In this document: one piece after another, positions 1-8,364 of the stretch
Layout: each line of letters starts with the position of its first letter
Numbering within the stretch: position 1 is the first letter of the stretch
Source: an uncultured Planctomycetales bacterium
Lineage (GTDB): Bacteria; Planctomycetota; Phycisphaerae; UBA1845; PWPN01
Assembly: GCA_964617875.1 (NCBI GenBank)
Contig: CAZUAI010000002.1
Coordinates: 59,230-123,229, forward strand
DNA length: 64,000 nucleotides
Direction of reading: 5' to 3'
The notes under the pieces: generated by a model
Seen by the model: the letters and a program-made list of their open reading frames with translations, nothing else
Database searches by the model: none
What the model was told of the DNA's origin: nothing
Made by a program: the position numbers and the translations under genes

Positions 1-187
1 GGAGCAGTTCCGCCCGCCGGGGGCTCGCCGAAGCCAGGATGAGTCGCGCACACATGCCGTTGCCATTCCCCCTGTCGCCCGGACGGCACGTTCAGTATAC
101 CGCACGGCGCAGGGCATTTCTCGCCTCTTGTTGCGGGCCGGGCCGGTTTGACAACGCGCCGCCTAATCGGTCCAATCCCGATGCGCC

Positions 188-1297
188 ATGGCCGACGAAC
201 TGGATCAGTCCCTTGTCCCGCCGGCAGCAGGGCCGCGCGTGCTGCTGGTCGTCGATGACGAATCGTTGACCCGGTTCGGCGCGGTTCCGAAGCATATCGT
301 GGTCGGCCTGGCCGACGCCGCCGTCCGCGTGACGATCCTCGCCCGCACCGTCCGCCCGCCGAACGCCCTGGAACTCGGCCCCTGCGCGGCGATCCACGAT
401 CCGCCGCGGCGACTCGAGTTCCGGCCGTGCCTGCCGGAAGAGGCGGCCGAGGACGCCCGCGAGGGGAAATACGACATGGTGCAGTGCCTCTCCGTGGCCC
501 TGCTGGAGCGCATGCTGCGTTGTCCGGAGCTGGACCGCGTGCCCATGTCGGCCCACATCACCGACTCGGCGGATCTGGCACGATGGGCCTCGGTCGGCGG
601 CGTCCGGTCGCGGTTGTGGGCGCTGCCCGCCACGCCGACGCTCTTCAAGAGCGTTCTCGACAGCAAGACCGTTCGCAGCCGCTGCATCAAGCTGGTCCGT
701 CTGGCGGTCATCGGACGGGCGGGCTCGACGATCATGCCCGGGCCGGACCACATCCCGTCGGCCATCATCATGACGCCGCTGACGCCCGACTGCGGCCTGG
801 TGCAGGTCCTTCACGCCATGCAGATCGTCGCCGCGACGCACCCGGAGGGCACGCTGTTCGTCCTTGGTCAGGGCCCGGCGGAACACCAGTTGCGGCATCT
901 GGCGCAGGAACTCGGGCTCCAGCAGTCGGTGGTGTTCTTCGGCGAGACCTCGCAATGGGCCGAGGCCCTTCTGGGGTGCGACATCGTCGTGATGCCGAAG
1001 GCCCCCGGCCGGTGGTCGAGCCACGCGCTCGAAGCGATGGCGGCCGGGCGGGTGATCCTGGCTGCGCGGGGCGGCGAAGAAGACTACCTGGTGGATGACC
1101 AGACCGCTCTGCTGTTTGACCCGAAGGATGTGTCGAACCTCTCGACCTGCTGGCACCGTCTGCTGACAGATCCGGAGACGGCCCGCCGTCTGGGCACAGC
1201 CGCCCGGCAGTTCGTCAAGACATACCACAGCCCCAGCATCATGGCCGACGCGCTGCTCGAACTCTATGCGGAAGCGCGGGCCAAGGTGTCCCCCTGA
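188..1297 (+). CDS. Glycosyltransferase, GT4 family (GT-B fold)
   Basis: The C-terminal half carries a GT4-type motif (DIVVMPK...HALEAMAAGRVILAARGGEEDYLVDDQTALLFDP). The N-terminus PRVLLVVDD is typical of GT4 starts. The antisense 707-aa ORF 92..2215 is judged an artefact. Confidence 0.8.
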   Translation: MADELDQSLVPPAAGPRVLLVVDDESLTRFGAVPKHIVVGLADAAVRVTILARTVRPPNALELGPCAAIHDPPRRLEFRPCLPEEAAEDAREGKYDMVQCLSVALLERMLRCPELDRVPMSAHITDSADLARWASVGGVRSRLWALPATPTLFKSVLDSKTVRSRCIKLVRLAVIGRAGSTIMPGPDHIPSAIIMTPLTPDCGLVQVLHAMQIVAATHPEGTLFVLGQGPAEHQLRHLAQELGLQQSVVFFGETSQWAEALLGCDIVVMPKAPGRWSSHALEAMAAGRVILAARGGEEDYLVDDQTALLFDPKDVSNLSTCWHRLLTDPETARRLGTAARQFVKTYHSPSIMADALLELYAEARAKVSP

Positions 1298-1402
1298 ATG
1301 GCGAATGACGACCCGCAGCGAGTGGACGCGGGTGCATTGCGTGACTAACCTACCGAGGGGTTGTTTCACGGAGGCCGGACGAGCGGACAGGAGCCAGAGA
1401 TC

Positions 1403-2644
1403 ATGACGCAATCGCTCCGTAATCTTGATTCCTACGGGCCATCCGACCAGGAGAAGCCTCTCCTGCCTGAGCCATTGGGCACGATTCTCCGAGAAGCGGT
1501 CGCGCAGGAGGCGACCGACATCCACATAGACACCTGGCGAGATCACGCCGTCGTGCGGTTCCGAGTCGATGGCGCGGCGCGGGAGTTCAATCCACTTGAA
1601 CCGGATCAGGCACGTCGGCTGATCAACCAGATCAAGGTGAGCGCGAAGCTGAACGTCGAGGCCACGCTCCAGCCGCTGGAGGGCCAGTTTCGCTGGCAGG
1701 AGGGAGAGCAGGTCCGCGACATCCGGGTCACGATCATCCCGGAAGCGCCCCGCAACGAGGCCGCACACCTGCGCCTGCTCACCCGGCCCGAGGAGTGGCG
1801 GCACATGGAGCAACTGGGCATGCGCCCCGAGCAGCTGGCGACCGTGCGTGGCGTGATGCAGTGGCCGCACGGCCTCGTGCTGGTCGCCGGGCCTACGGGA
1901 TCGGGCAAGACGACCACGCTTTATGCGTTGACGGAACTGGAGGATCTGCGTCACCTGGTCGCGGCGTCGATCGAGGAGCCGATCGAGTTCGACTTGCCGT
2001 ACGTTCGACAATTGGAGGTGGACGAAAGACGCGGCATCACAATGAAGGAAGGTCTGCGCACCCTGCTGCGGATGGACGCCGACGTGCTGATGGTTGGCGA
2101 GATCCGCGACGGCGAATCGGCGATCGTCGCCGCCCAGGCGGCCCTGGCCGGCCGGCTGGTCCTTGCCACGATCCATGCGCGCGATGCCGCCGGCGCCATC
2201 TCGGCCATGCGACACCTGGGTGTCCGGCCGTACGTGCTGGCTTCCTCGTTACGGATGGTGATCGCCCAGACCCTGGTGCGGAAACTGTGCGGCGCGTGCG
2301 TGACGGCGCTGCCGACCCGCAACACGGAACGAAAGCTGTTCGAACAGGCCGGGCTGGCGGCGCCTGCCACGCTCCGCATCGCAAAAGGCTGTCCCTCCTG
2401 TCGCCGGACCGGCTTTCGGGGCCGGACGGGAGTCTTTCAAGTCGCCGTGTTCGACGAGTCCCACGGTGCGTGGCTGGCGGACGGCCCGCCCGAACATGAG
2501 GTACGGGAACGACTCGTTCAAGAGGGCACGCAGTCCCTGCGCGACGAACTGCTGCATTGCGCCGCCGAGGGCGTCATATCCCTGAGCGAGGTGGCGCGTC
2601 TCACAGGCACTGCCGTAGAGGGGCCGGGGACGACAACTGTGTGA
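1403..2644 (+). CDS. GspE/PilB-family secretion ATPase (orphan, no N-terminal GSPII_E_N domain)
   Basis: Walker A GPTGSGKTTTLYA, Asp/Walker B region DADVLMVGEIRD, His box LATIHA, tetracysteine CGAC...CPSC. The ATG at 1403 is preceded by GGAG. The track start at 1361 is a TTG. Confidence 0.85.
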   Translation: MTQSLRNLDSYGPSDQEKPLLPEPLGTILREAVAQEATDIHIDTWRDHAVVRFRVDGAAREFNPLEPDQARRLINQIKVSAKLNVEATLQPLEGQFRWQEGEQVRDIRVTIIPEAPRNEAAHLRLLTRPEEWRHMEQLGMRPEQLATVRGVMQWPHGLVLVAGPTGSGKTTTLYALTELEDLRHLVAASIEEPIEFDLPYVRQLEVDERRGITMKEGLRTLLRMDADVLMVGEIRDGESAIVAAQAALAGRLVLATIHARDAAGAISAMRHLGVRPYVLASSLRMVIAQTLVRKLCGACVTALPTRNTERKLFEQAGLAAPATLRIAKGCPSCRRTGFRGRTGVFQVAVFDESHGAWLADGPPEHEVRERLVQEGTQSLRDELLHCAAEGVISLSEVARLTGTAVEGPGTTTV

Positions 2645-2843
2645 CGGGCCTATCGGTTTCGCCGCGTCGTGCCGCCCCACCGGGGAAGACGAGGCACGGA
2701 ATCCGTGCCGGGATCCTGCAAAAGGCCGCGTCGGCGGCTGCCGGTTGCCCGGAACCGCCGACGCACCCGTCAGCATGACTCCCCACACGTCACCCGCCAT
2801 TCGCTCCCGTCGGCGGGGTCAACGGCCCTGTCGGCCGGCGCCG

Positions 2844-3767
2844 CTATTTCGGAAGAAGAACGGCGTCGATGACGTGAATCACCCCATTGGCCGCCGGTAC
2901 GTCGGTCTTGACGACATTGGCCCCATCCACCTTCACGCCATCCGACGCGTCAATGCGAACATGCTGCCCCTGGGCCGTCTTCGCCTTGTCCATCCCGGCT
3001 ACATCGGCGGCCATTTTCCGGGCGGGCAACACATGGTAGAGAAGAATGCCCTTAAGCCTGGCCGGATCCTTCAGGAGCCCCTCGAGCGTGCCCGCGGGAA
3101 GTTTCGAGAAGGCCGCGTCTGTCGGCGCGAAAACCGTAAACGGACCCTCGCCGCGGAGCGTATCCGCCAGGCCGGCGGCCTCGACGGCCTTCAGCAGCGT
3201 CTTGAACGAACCGGCCTTCGCGGCCACATCCAGGACGTCGTCCTTGGGCATCAGAACCGAATCAATCACGTGAATCACACCATTCGCGCAATGGATGTCG
3301 GTCTTCGTCACGAGGGCCCCGTCGATCTTGACCGGGCTGGCGTGCGAGATCGTAACCGACTGCCCGAGCACCGTCTTCGCCGAAGTCAGCTTGATCACAT
3401 CCGCCGCCGTCACCCGGCCGGGGACCACGTGGTACCTCAGGATGGCCCGCAGCTTGGGCAGATCCTTCAAGAGGCCCTCCAGGGCGCCCTCCGGGAGCTT
3501 CGCGAACGCCTCGTCGGTCGGGGCGAACACGGTGAACGGCCCTTTGCCCTTCAGCACCTCGACCATCCCGGCCGCCTTCAAGGCCTTCGCCAACGTCTCA
3601 AACGACCCTGCCGACACCGCGGTGTCCACGATGTCCTTCGCGCCGGTGCACGCCGCGGACTTCGACTCCGCGCCGCAGCCGTCACCGCCCTGGACGCCGG
3701 GCACACACAGCGCCAACAGCACAACCGATCCGTACGCGACCCAACTCGAACCCTTTGCGAATCTCAT
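2844..3767 (-). CDS. Secreted fasciclin (two FAS1 domains) protein
   Basis: Two FAS1 repeats ([35 protein letters not shown] and [35 protein letters not shown]). Signal peptide [27 protein letters not shown]. The ATG at 3767 is preceded by AGGAG. Confidence 0.85.
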   Translation of the reverse strand: MRFAKGSSWVAYGSVVLLALCVPGVQGGDGCGAESKSAACTGAKDIVDTAVSAGSFETLAKALKAAGMVEVLKGKGPFTVFAPTDEAFAKLPEGALEGLLKDLPKLRAILRYHVVPGRVTAADVIKLTSAKTVLGQSVTISHASPVKIDGALVTKTDIHCANGVIHVIDSVLMPKDDVLDVAAKAGSFKTLLKAVEAAGLADTLRGEGPFTVFAPTDAAFSKLPAGTLEGLLKDPARLKGILLYHVLPARKMAADVAGMDKAKTAQGQHVRIDASDGVKVDGANVVKTDVPAANGVIHVIDAVLLPK

Positions 3768-3809
3768 TGCATGATCTCCTTTCGCAAAACACGTTCCTGC
3801 CGCCGGCAC

Positions 3810-4472
3810 TCACCGGCGGCGACCATTGATCAACGACATCACCTCCGTCCGGGCCGCCGCGTTCTCCTTGAACGTGCCGCGGACCGCGGAGGTCACCATG
3901 ATCCCGTTCGGTTTCTGCACGCCCCGCATCCTCATGCACAGGTGCTCCGCCTCAACCACGACGACCACGCCCTTGGGCGCCAGGTGCTTCATCAGGGCGT
4001 CCGCGATCTGGCAGGTCATCCGCTCCTGAACCTGCGGCCGGCGTGCGAAGGCATCCACCGTACGCGCGAGCTTCGACAGACCTACCACCCTGCCGTTCGG
4101 GAGGTACGCCACGTGCGCCCGGCCGTGGAACGGAAGCAGGTGGTGCTCGCACAGGCTGTGAAAGTCGATGTCGCGGAGCAGAACGACTTCATCGTACTGC
4201 TCGTTGAAGACCCGCTTCAGATGCACGGCGGGGTCCGTTGCGACGCCGGAAAACAGCTCGCGGTACATCTTGGCGACGCGCCGGGGCGTGTCGCTCAAAC
4301 CCTCGCGGTCGGGGTCCTCCCCAAGGGCCACCAAGAGACTCCGGACCGCCATTTCCGCCCGCTCGAGGTCGATGAAAGCGGCGGGCTTCGACGGCCGGGC
4401 AATCCGCGACTCCGAACCACTCAGCAACTCAGTGTTCTCAAGTTTCGTCACCATAAGGCCCTCACAAGTCAT
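3810..4472 (-). CDS. folE: GTP cyclohydrolase I
   Basis: [33 protein letters not shown] and QVQERMT motifs. The track start at 4475 is a TTG and the next codon, at 4472, is ATG. Confidence 0.9.
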   Translation of the reverse strand: MTCEGLMVTKLENTELLSGSESRIARPSKPAAFIDLERAEMAVRSLLVALGEDPDREGLSDTPRRVAKMYRELFSGVATDPAVHLKRVFNEQYDEVVLLRDIDFHSLCEHHLLPFHGRAHVAYLPNGRVVGLSKLARTVDAFARRPQVQERMTCQIADALMKHLAPKGVVVVVEAEHLCMRMRGVQKPNGIMVTSAVRGTFKENAAARTEVMSLINGRRR

Positions 4473-4483
4473 CAAAAACGCTC

Positions 4484-4683
4484 AAATCGTTCGAGACGAC
4501 TATAGGTCTGCCGACCGGGGAGTCAAGCCAGAAATCGTTCAAAACGTGCATTTGCCGAACTATGCTCCTAACCTATTTTAAGACAATCAATTGCATTAAA
4601 GAAGATGAGCCGAGCCACCCCAGAAGGCGCAAGCCTCCCCTTGCGGAGTGGGCCGTGCGGGATTAAGATCATGCAAATCGTTC
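4484..4683. repeat. Three perfect direct copies of AAATCGTTC (4484-4492, 4532-4540, 4675-4683) in the folE/regulator divergent region
   Basis: Read directly from the sequence. Copies 1 and 2 bracket the predicted folE core promoter. Copy 3 lies 12 nt upstream of the regulator ATG at 4696. Confidence 0.7.
4499..4526 (-). promoter_or_regulatory. Sigma70-like promoter for folE (TTGACT-16 nt-TATAGT on the minus strand)
   Basis: -35 at 4521-4526 (agtcaa on plus) and -10 at 4499-4504 (actata on plus), in an AT-richer intergenic stretch about 25 nt upstream of the folE ATG. Confidence 0.5.
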
Positions 4684-4695
4684 AGCGGAGTGGCT

Positions 4696-5562
4696 ATGAA
4701 AGACTTACTGAGTCCAAAACAGATCGCCCGGGCCATCGGCGTCAGCGAGGCCTCGCTCAAACGCTGGTGCGATCGGGGCATACTCCCTGCGATTCGAACC
4801 GTCGGGGGGCACCGGCGGTTGCCGGTGAATGAGGTCGTGCAATTCCTGCGGAAGACCGGCCACCCGATGGTGCGGCCCGAAGTGCTCGGCCTGCCCGCGA
4901 CGGCGGGCCACGGCAGGGAGACGCTCGAGACGGCGAGATCGCAACTACGGCCGGCGCTGGAGGCCGGCGACGAACAGCGGCTCGCACGACTCGTCGTTGA
5001 CCTTTACCTCGCCGGTCATACGGCGTGCGATATCTGTGACCAGGCAATCGCCCCCGCGTTTTCTGATATCGGAGCGCGTTGGCAACATGGCGAAATCGAG
5101 GTGTACGAGGAGCGCCGAGCCTGTGAGGTCTGCATGCGCATCCTGTATCAGCTCGAAAGGCTGTTGCCGTCGGTCTCGGACACGGCCCCGACTGCCGCGG
5201 GGGCCACGGCCGAAGGCGATCCGTACGCCCTCCCGACCCTCATGGCGGAGATCGTCCTGCGAGAGGCCGGCTGGCGCGCGGATTCCTACGGCACGGGGCT
5301 TCCGTTTGCGACGCTGGCGGCGGCAATCCGCACTGTCCGACCGCGTCTCTTCTGGCTGAGCGTGTCGGCGATCGCTTCCGTGCCGGAATTCCTGGCGGGC
5401 TACGCCAGGCTGTACGAGACGGCCGTCGGATGCGGCGTACCCATTGTCGTCGGGGGCAGGGCGCTTACGGAGGACATCCGGCGGACGATGCAGTACTCCG
5501 CACACGGCGACACGCTCCGACATCTGGTTTCGTTTGCCCGGACATTGAATCGCCCGACCTGA
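4696..5562 (+). CDS. Transcriptional regulator: excisionase/MerR-type HTH fused to a B12-binding-like (helix bundle plus Rossmann) module that appears to lack the cobalamin-ligating His
   Basis: N-terminus LSPKQIARAIGVSEASLKRWCDRGILPAIRTVGGHRRL (HTH_17-like). C-terminus resembles a B12-binding domain (EGDPYALPTLMAEIVLREAGWRADSYGTGLP...LFWLSVSA). The ATG at 4696 is preceded by GGAG at 4687-4690. Confidence 0.75.
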   Translation: MKDLLSPKQIARAIGVSEASLKRWCDRGILPAIRTVGGHRRLPVNEVVQFLRKTGHPMVRPEVLGLPATAGHGRETLETARSQLRPALEAGDEQRLARLVVDLYLAGHTACDICDQAIAPAFSDIGARWQHGEIEVYEERRACEVCMRILYQLERLLPSVSDTAPTAAGATAEGDPYALPTLMAEIVLREAGWRADSYGTGLPFATLAAAIRTVRPRLFWLSVSAIASVPEFLAGYARLYETAVGCGVPIVVGGRALTEDIRRTMQYSAHGDTLRHLVSFARTLNRPT

Positions 5563-5732
5563 CGGGTGGGCCGTGTCGGTCGTGCGGCCTGCAGGCGGCC
5601 GCGGGTGCGCCGCCTCCCGCGGGGATTCGCCGCCGCCCTTCGCTGAGAGCACGGCGCGGCCGCAAGCCCCCGACACCGCCGGCGGGGCAGTCCGGTCCGG
5701 CCGGCTTGAGTCCCGGAGCGTCCGCACGTAGA

Positions 5733-6836
5733 ATGCCGCACATGAACGGTGATGGTCGGTTGCGCGTGCCGCAGCGGTTGCTTGTCGTGCTGCCGAACTG
5801 GGTCGGGGACCTGGTTCTGGCGACGCCCGCGCTTCGTGCCATCCGCGTACAGTACCCGGAGGCCTACATCGCGGCCCTGCTGAAGCCGGCCTTTCGCGAG
5901 ATCCTCAGCGGGGGCGACTGGGTCAACGAGATCCTGAGCTGGCCGGTCGGCAAGACGCGGCCTCGCCGGCGGCGCGGGTTCCTCGGACTTGCGCAGGACC
6001 TGCGTGAAAAACAGTTCGACACGGCCGTCCTGATGACGAACTCATTCCGATCGGCCCTGCTCGCACGGCTGGCGGGCATCCGCCGCCGGGTCGGCTACGA
6101 CCGCGACGGCCGTGGCCTTCTGCTGAGCGACAAGCTTCTGCCCGACAAGGACCACGGCAAGTATGTGCCGGTTTCGATGGTCCGGTACTACAACGCGCTC
6201 GCACGGTATCTCGGCGCGCGGGAGGTCGGCAACGGCCTCGAGCTGTACACCACGCCCGAGGAAGAAGCGGTGGTGCAGGCCCTGTTCGACCGGCACGGGA
6301 TCGGCACCGGCCAACCGACCGTCGTCCTGAACCCGGGCGCCTCGTTCGGCACCGCCAAGTGCTGGCTGCCGGAGCGTTTTGCGGAGGTGGCCGACGGTCT
6401 GATCGACGCGTTCGGCGCGGCCGTGTTCGTCTCGTGCGGGCCGAAGGAGCGGGACGTTGCCCGGGCGGTGACGTCGGCGATGCGGAACCCGGCGATCGTG
6501 CTGGACGACCCCATTCTGCCGCTGGGACCGCTGAAGGCACTGATCCGGCGGTGCTCGCTGCTTGTGACGAACGACACCGGGCCGCGGCACTTCGGCATCG
6601 CGTTCGGCGTGCCCGTGGTGACGCTGTTCGGCTCGACCGATCCCCGATGGACGGAGACGGAGTACGCCCTGGAGCGGCAGCTCATGGTGAAGGTCCATTG
6701 CGGGCCGTGCATGAAGCGTGTCTGCCCGCTGGACCACCGCTGCATGACGCGCATCACGTCGGCCGCGGTGCTCGAGGCGGCGACGCCGCTCCTGGCCGAC
6801 CGGATCTCCACAGCACGGACGCCACTGAAACGATGA
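5733..6836 (+). CDS. ADP-heptose:LPS heptosyltransferase (GT9 family)
   Basis: LLVVLPNWVGDLVLATPALRAIR N-terminal GT9 motif and NDTGPRHFGIAFGVPVVTLFGSTDP C-terminal motif. The internal ATG at 5733 is chosen because the upstream part of the track ORF is Arg/Pro-rich. Confidence 0.85.
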   Translation: MPHMNGDGRLRVPQRLLVVLPNWVGDLVLATPALRAIRVQYPEAYIAALLKPAFREILSGGDWVNEILSWPVGKTRPRRRRGFLGLAQDLREKQFDTAVLMTNSFRSALLARLAGIRRRVGYDRDGRGLLLSDKLLPDKDHGKYVPVSMVRYYNALARYLGAREVGNGLELYTTPEEEAVVQALFDRHGIGTGQPTVVLNPGASFGTAKCWLPERFAEVADGLIDAFGAAVFVSCGPKERDVARAVTSAMRNPAIVLDDPILPLGPLKALIRRCSLLVTNDTGPRHFGIAFGVPVVTLFGSTDPRWTETEYALERQLMVKVHCGPCMKRVCPLDHRCMTRITSAAVLEAATPLLADRISTARTPLKR

Positions 6837-7321
6837 GCCTGATTATCACGGATTACGAGGAACTGGCGCGGGTCTCGGCCGAGCAGCGCGCGGCCGGGCG
6901 GAAGGTTGTCTTCACCAACGGCGCGTTCGACATCGTACACGTCGGGCACGTGCGGTGCCTCCAGGCAGCGGCGGAGGTCGGCGACTTTCTCATCGTCGGG
7001 CTGAACTCCGACGAGTCGATCCGGCGATCGAAGGGGCCGGGGCGGCCGGCGCAACCGCTGATCGAGCGGATGGAGATCGTGGCAGCCTTCCGCGGCGTGG
7101 ATGCCGTGACCTGGTTCGACGAGTCCACATGCGACCGGATGCTCGAGATCGTCCGGCCGCACTGCCACGCGAAGGGCCGCGACTACACGCTTGAAACCCT
7201 GCCCGAGGGCCCGACGCTCAAGCGGCTGGGAATTGAACTGGTCATCTGCGGCGACGAGAAGAACCACTCGACGACCGACGTGCTCCACCGCTGGCAGAAG
7301 TCCGCCGCACGCGCTTCCTGA
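6833..7321 (+). CDS. hldC: D-beta-D-heptose 1-phosphate adenylyltransferase (RfaE domain II type, stand-alone)
   Basis: Cytidylyltransferase HxGH motif (VVFTNGAFDIVHVGHVRCL) and LIVGLNSDESIRRSKGPGRP. Its ATG overlaps the stop of the upstream heptosyltransferase (ATGA at 6833-6836). Confidence 0.85.
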   Translation: MSLIITDYEELARVSAEQRAAGRKVVFTNGAFDIVHVGHVRCLQAAAEVGDFLIVGLNSDESIRRSKGPGRPAQPLIERMEIVAAFRGVDAVTWFDESTCDRMLEIVRPHCHAKGRDYTLETLPEGPTLKRLGIELVICGDEKNHSTTDVLHRWQKSAARAS

Positions 7322-7349
7322 CGCCGCCCCGGGCGGCAAGCGATCCGTC

Positions 7350-8252
7350 ATGAGGGATGGGCTGCGACCGAGGCTCGTTCGCGACACGATCCGCATCGAT
7401 CCGGCGTTCCGCGAACGCCTGCGGCGGGCCGGGCTCGATACGGTGGATCGCGTGCTCAAGTGTCTGGGCGATCAGATCGTCGCCTGGAGCCGCAGCACGG
7501 ACACGATCCGCGTGGAGCTGCCCGCGGACGGCGGCGGCGCCGTGTTCATCAAGCGTTATCACTTCCTGCGCTGGGGGCAGCGGATCAAGGCCATGCTTCG
7601 CGGGGCGTTTTTCGGCCGCAGCCGCGCCCGCTCCGAGTTCGAGCGGATTCGGGACCTGCGCGCCCGGGGCGCGCCGATGGTTCGCCCCGTTGCGTGGGGC
7701 GAGCGGCGGATCCTGCACTTCGTACGATCCAGCTTCCTCGTCACAGAGGCGGTGCCCGGCGCCGTGCCGCTGAGCGCGCTTGCACGGCAGGACGCCGGCG
7801 ACCCCGGCGCGAACATGCCGGTCCGGCAGCGTCGCCGGTGCGTTGAAGCGCTCGGACGCTGCATCGCGGACCTGCACCGCCGGGGCCTGTCGCACGGCGC
7901 CCTCTTCTGGCGAAACGTGCTGGTACGGCGAGACGGCGACGAGTTCGATTTCGTGCTGCTCGATCCGCCGGGACGGCGGCATCTGTCGCTCCGCAAGGCC
8001 GAGGAGCGCCGCGCGGACGGGATTGCCGACGATCTGGCGGCGATCGCCGCGCTCGCGCCGGAACTCTGTTCGCGAACCGACATGCTCCGCTTCTTCACCG
8101 CCTACCTCGGCACCCGCCGCCTCGCCGAGGCGCATCGCCGGCAGGCACGCGAGATCCTGACACGCGCCCGCCCCCTCGTCGATCACGAACGGTACCGCCT
8201 CAAGATGGACCGCATCTTCCACTACCACCTCGTGCCGGCGGCGATCGCGTAG
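7350..8252 (+). CDS. Lipopolysaccharide kinase (Kdo/WaaP) family protein
   Basis: VFIKRYHF...EFERIRDLRARGAPMVRPVAWGE...LVTEAVPGAVPL...LHRRGLSHGALFWRNVLV...FVLLDPP, typical of the LPS-kinase family. The context is heptose genes. Confidence 0.7.
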   Translation: MRDGLRPRLVRDTIRIDPAFRERLRRAGLDTVDRVLKCLGDQIVAWSRSTDTIRVELPADGGGAVFIKRYHFLRWGQRIKAMLRGAFFGRSRARSEFERIRDLRARGAPMVRPVAWGERRILHFVRSSFLVTEAVPGAVPLSALARQDAGDPGANMPVRQRRRCVEALGRCIADLHRRGLSHGALFWRNVLVRRDGDEFDFVLLDPPGRRHLSLRKAEERRADGIADDLAAIAALAPELCSRTDMLRFFTAYLGTRRLAEAHRRQAREILTRARPLVDHERYRLKMDRIFHYHLVPAAIA

Positions 8253-8364
8253 GGCGCGGTCGCCGCCCGCGCCCGGGGGCAAGACCCGCCGCCCCCGCTC
8301 GGACCGTCGATTCGGCCCAGCCGGGGTGTGCGAGGCGCGCCGTTGTCGCATACAATCCGCCGCC

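Noticed and set aside
92-2215. 707-aa ORF on the minus strand, the longest ORF at the left end of the window.
   Set aside because: It is antisense to two genes with clear motifs (GT4 glycosyltransferase and GspE-like ATPase). Its composition is dominated by Arg/Gly/Pro/Ala/Asp with no recognisable motif, which is typical of a GC-rich antisense artefact.
4473-4560. Possibility of a THF (folE-motif) riboswitch upstream of folE.
   Set aside because: The predicted promoter leaves a leader of only about 25 nt, too short for a riboswitch aptamer, and I see no matching hairpin.
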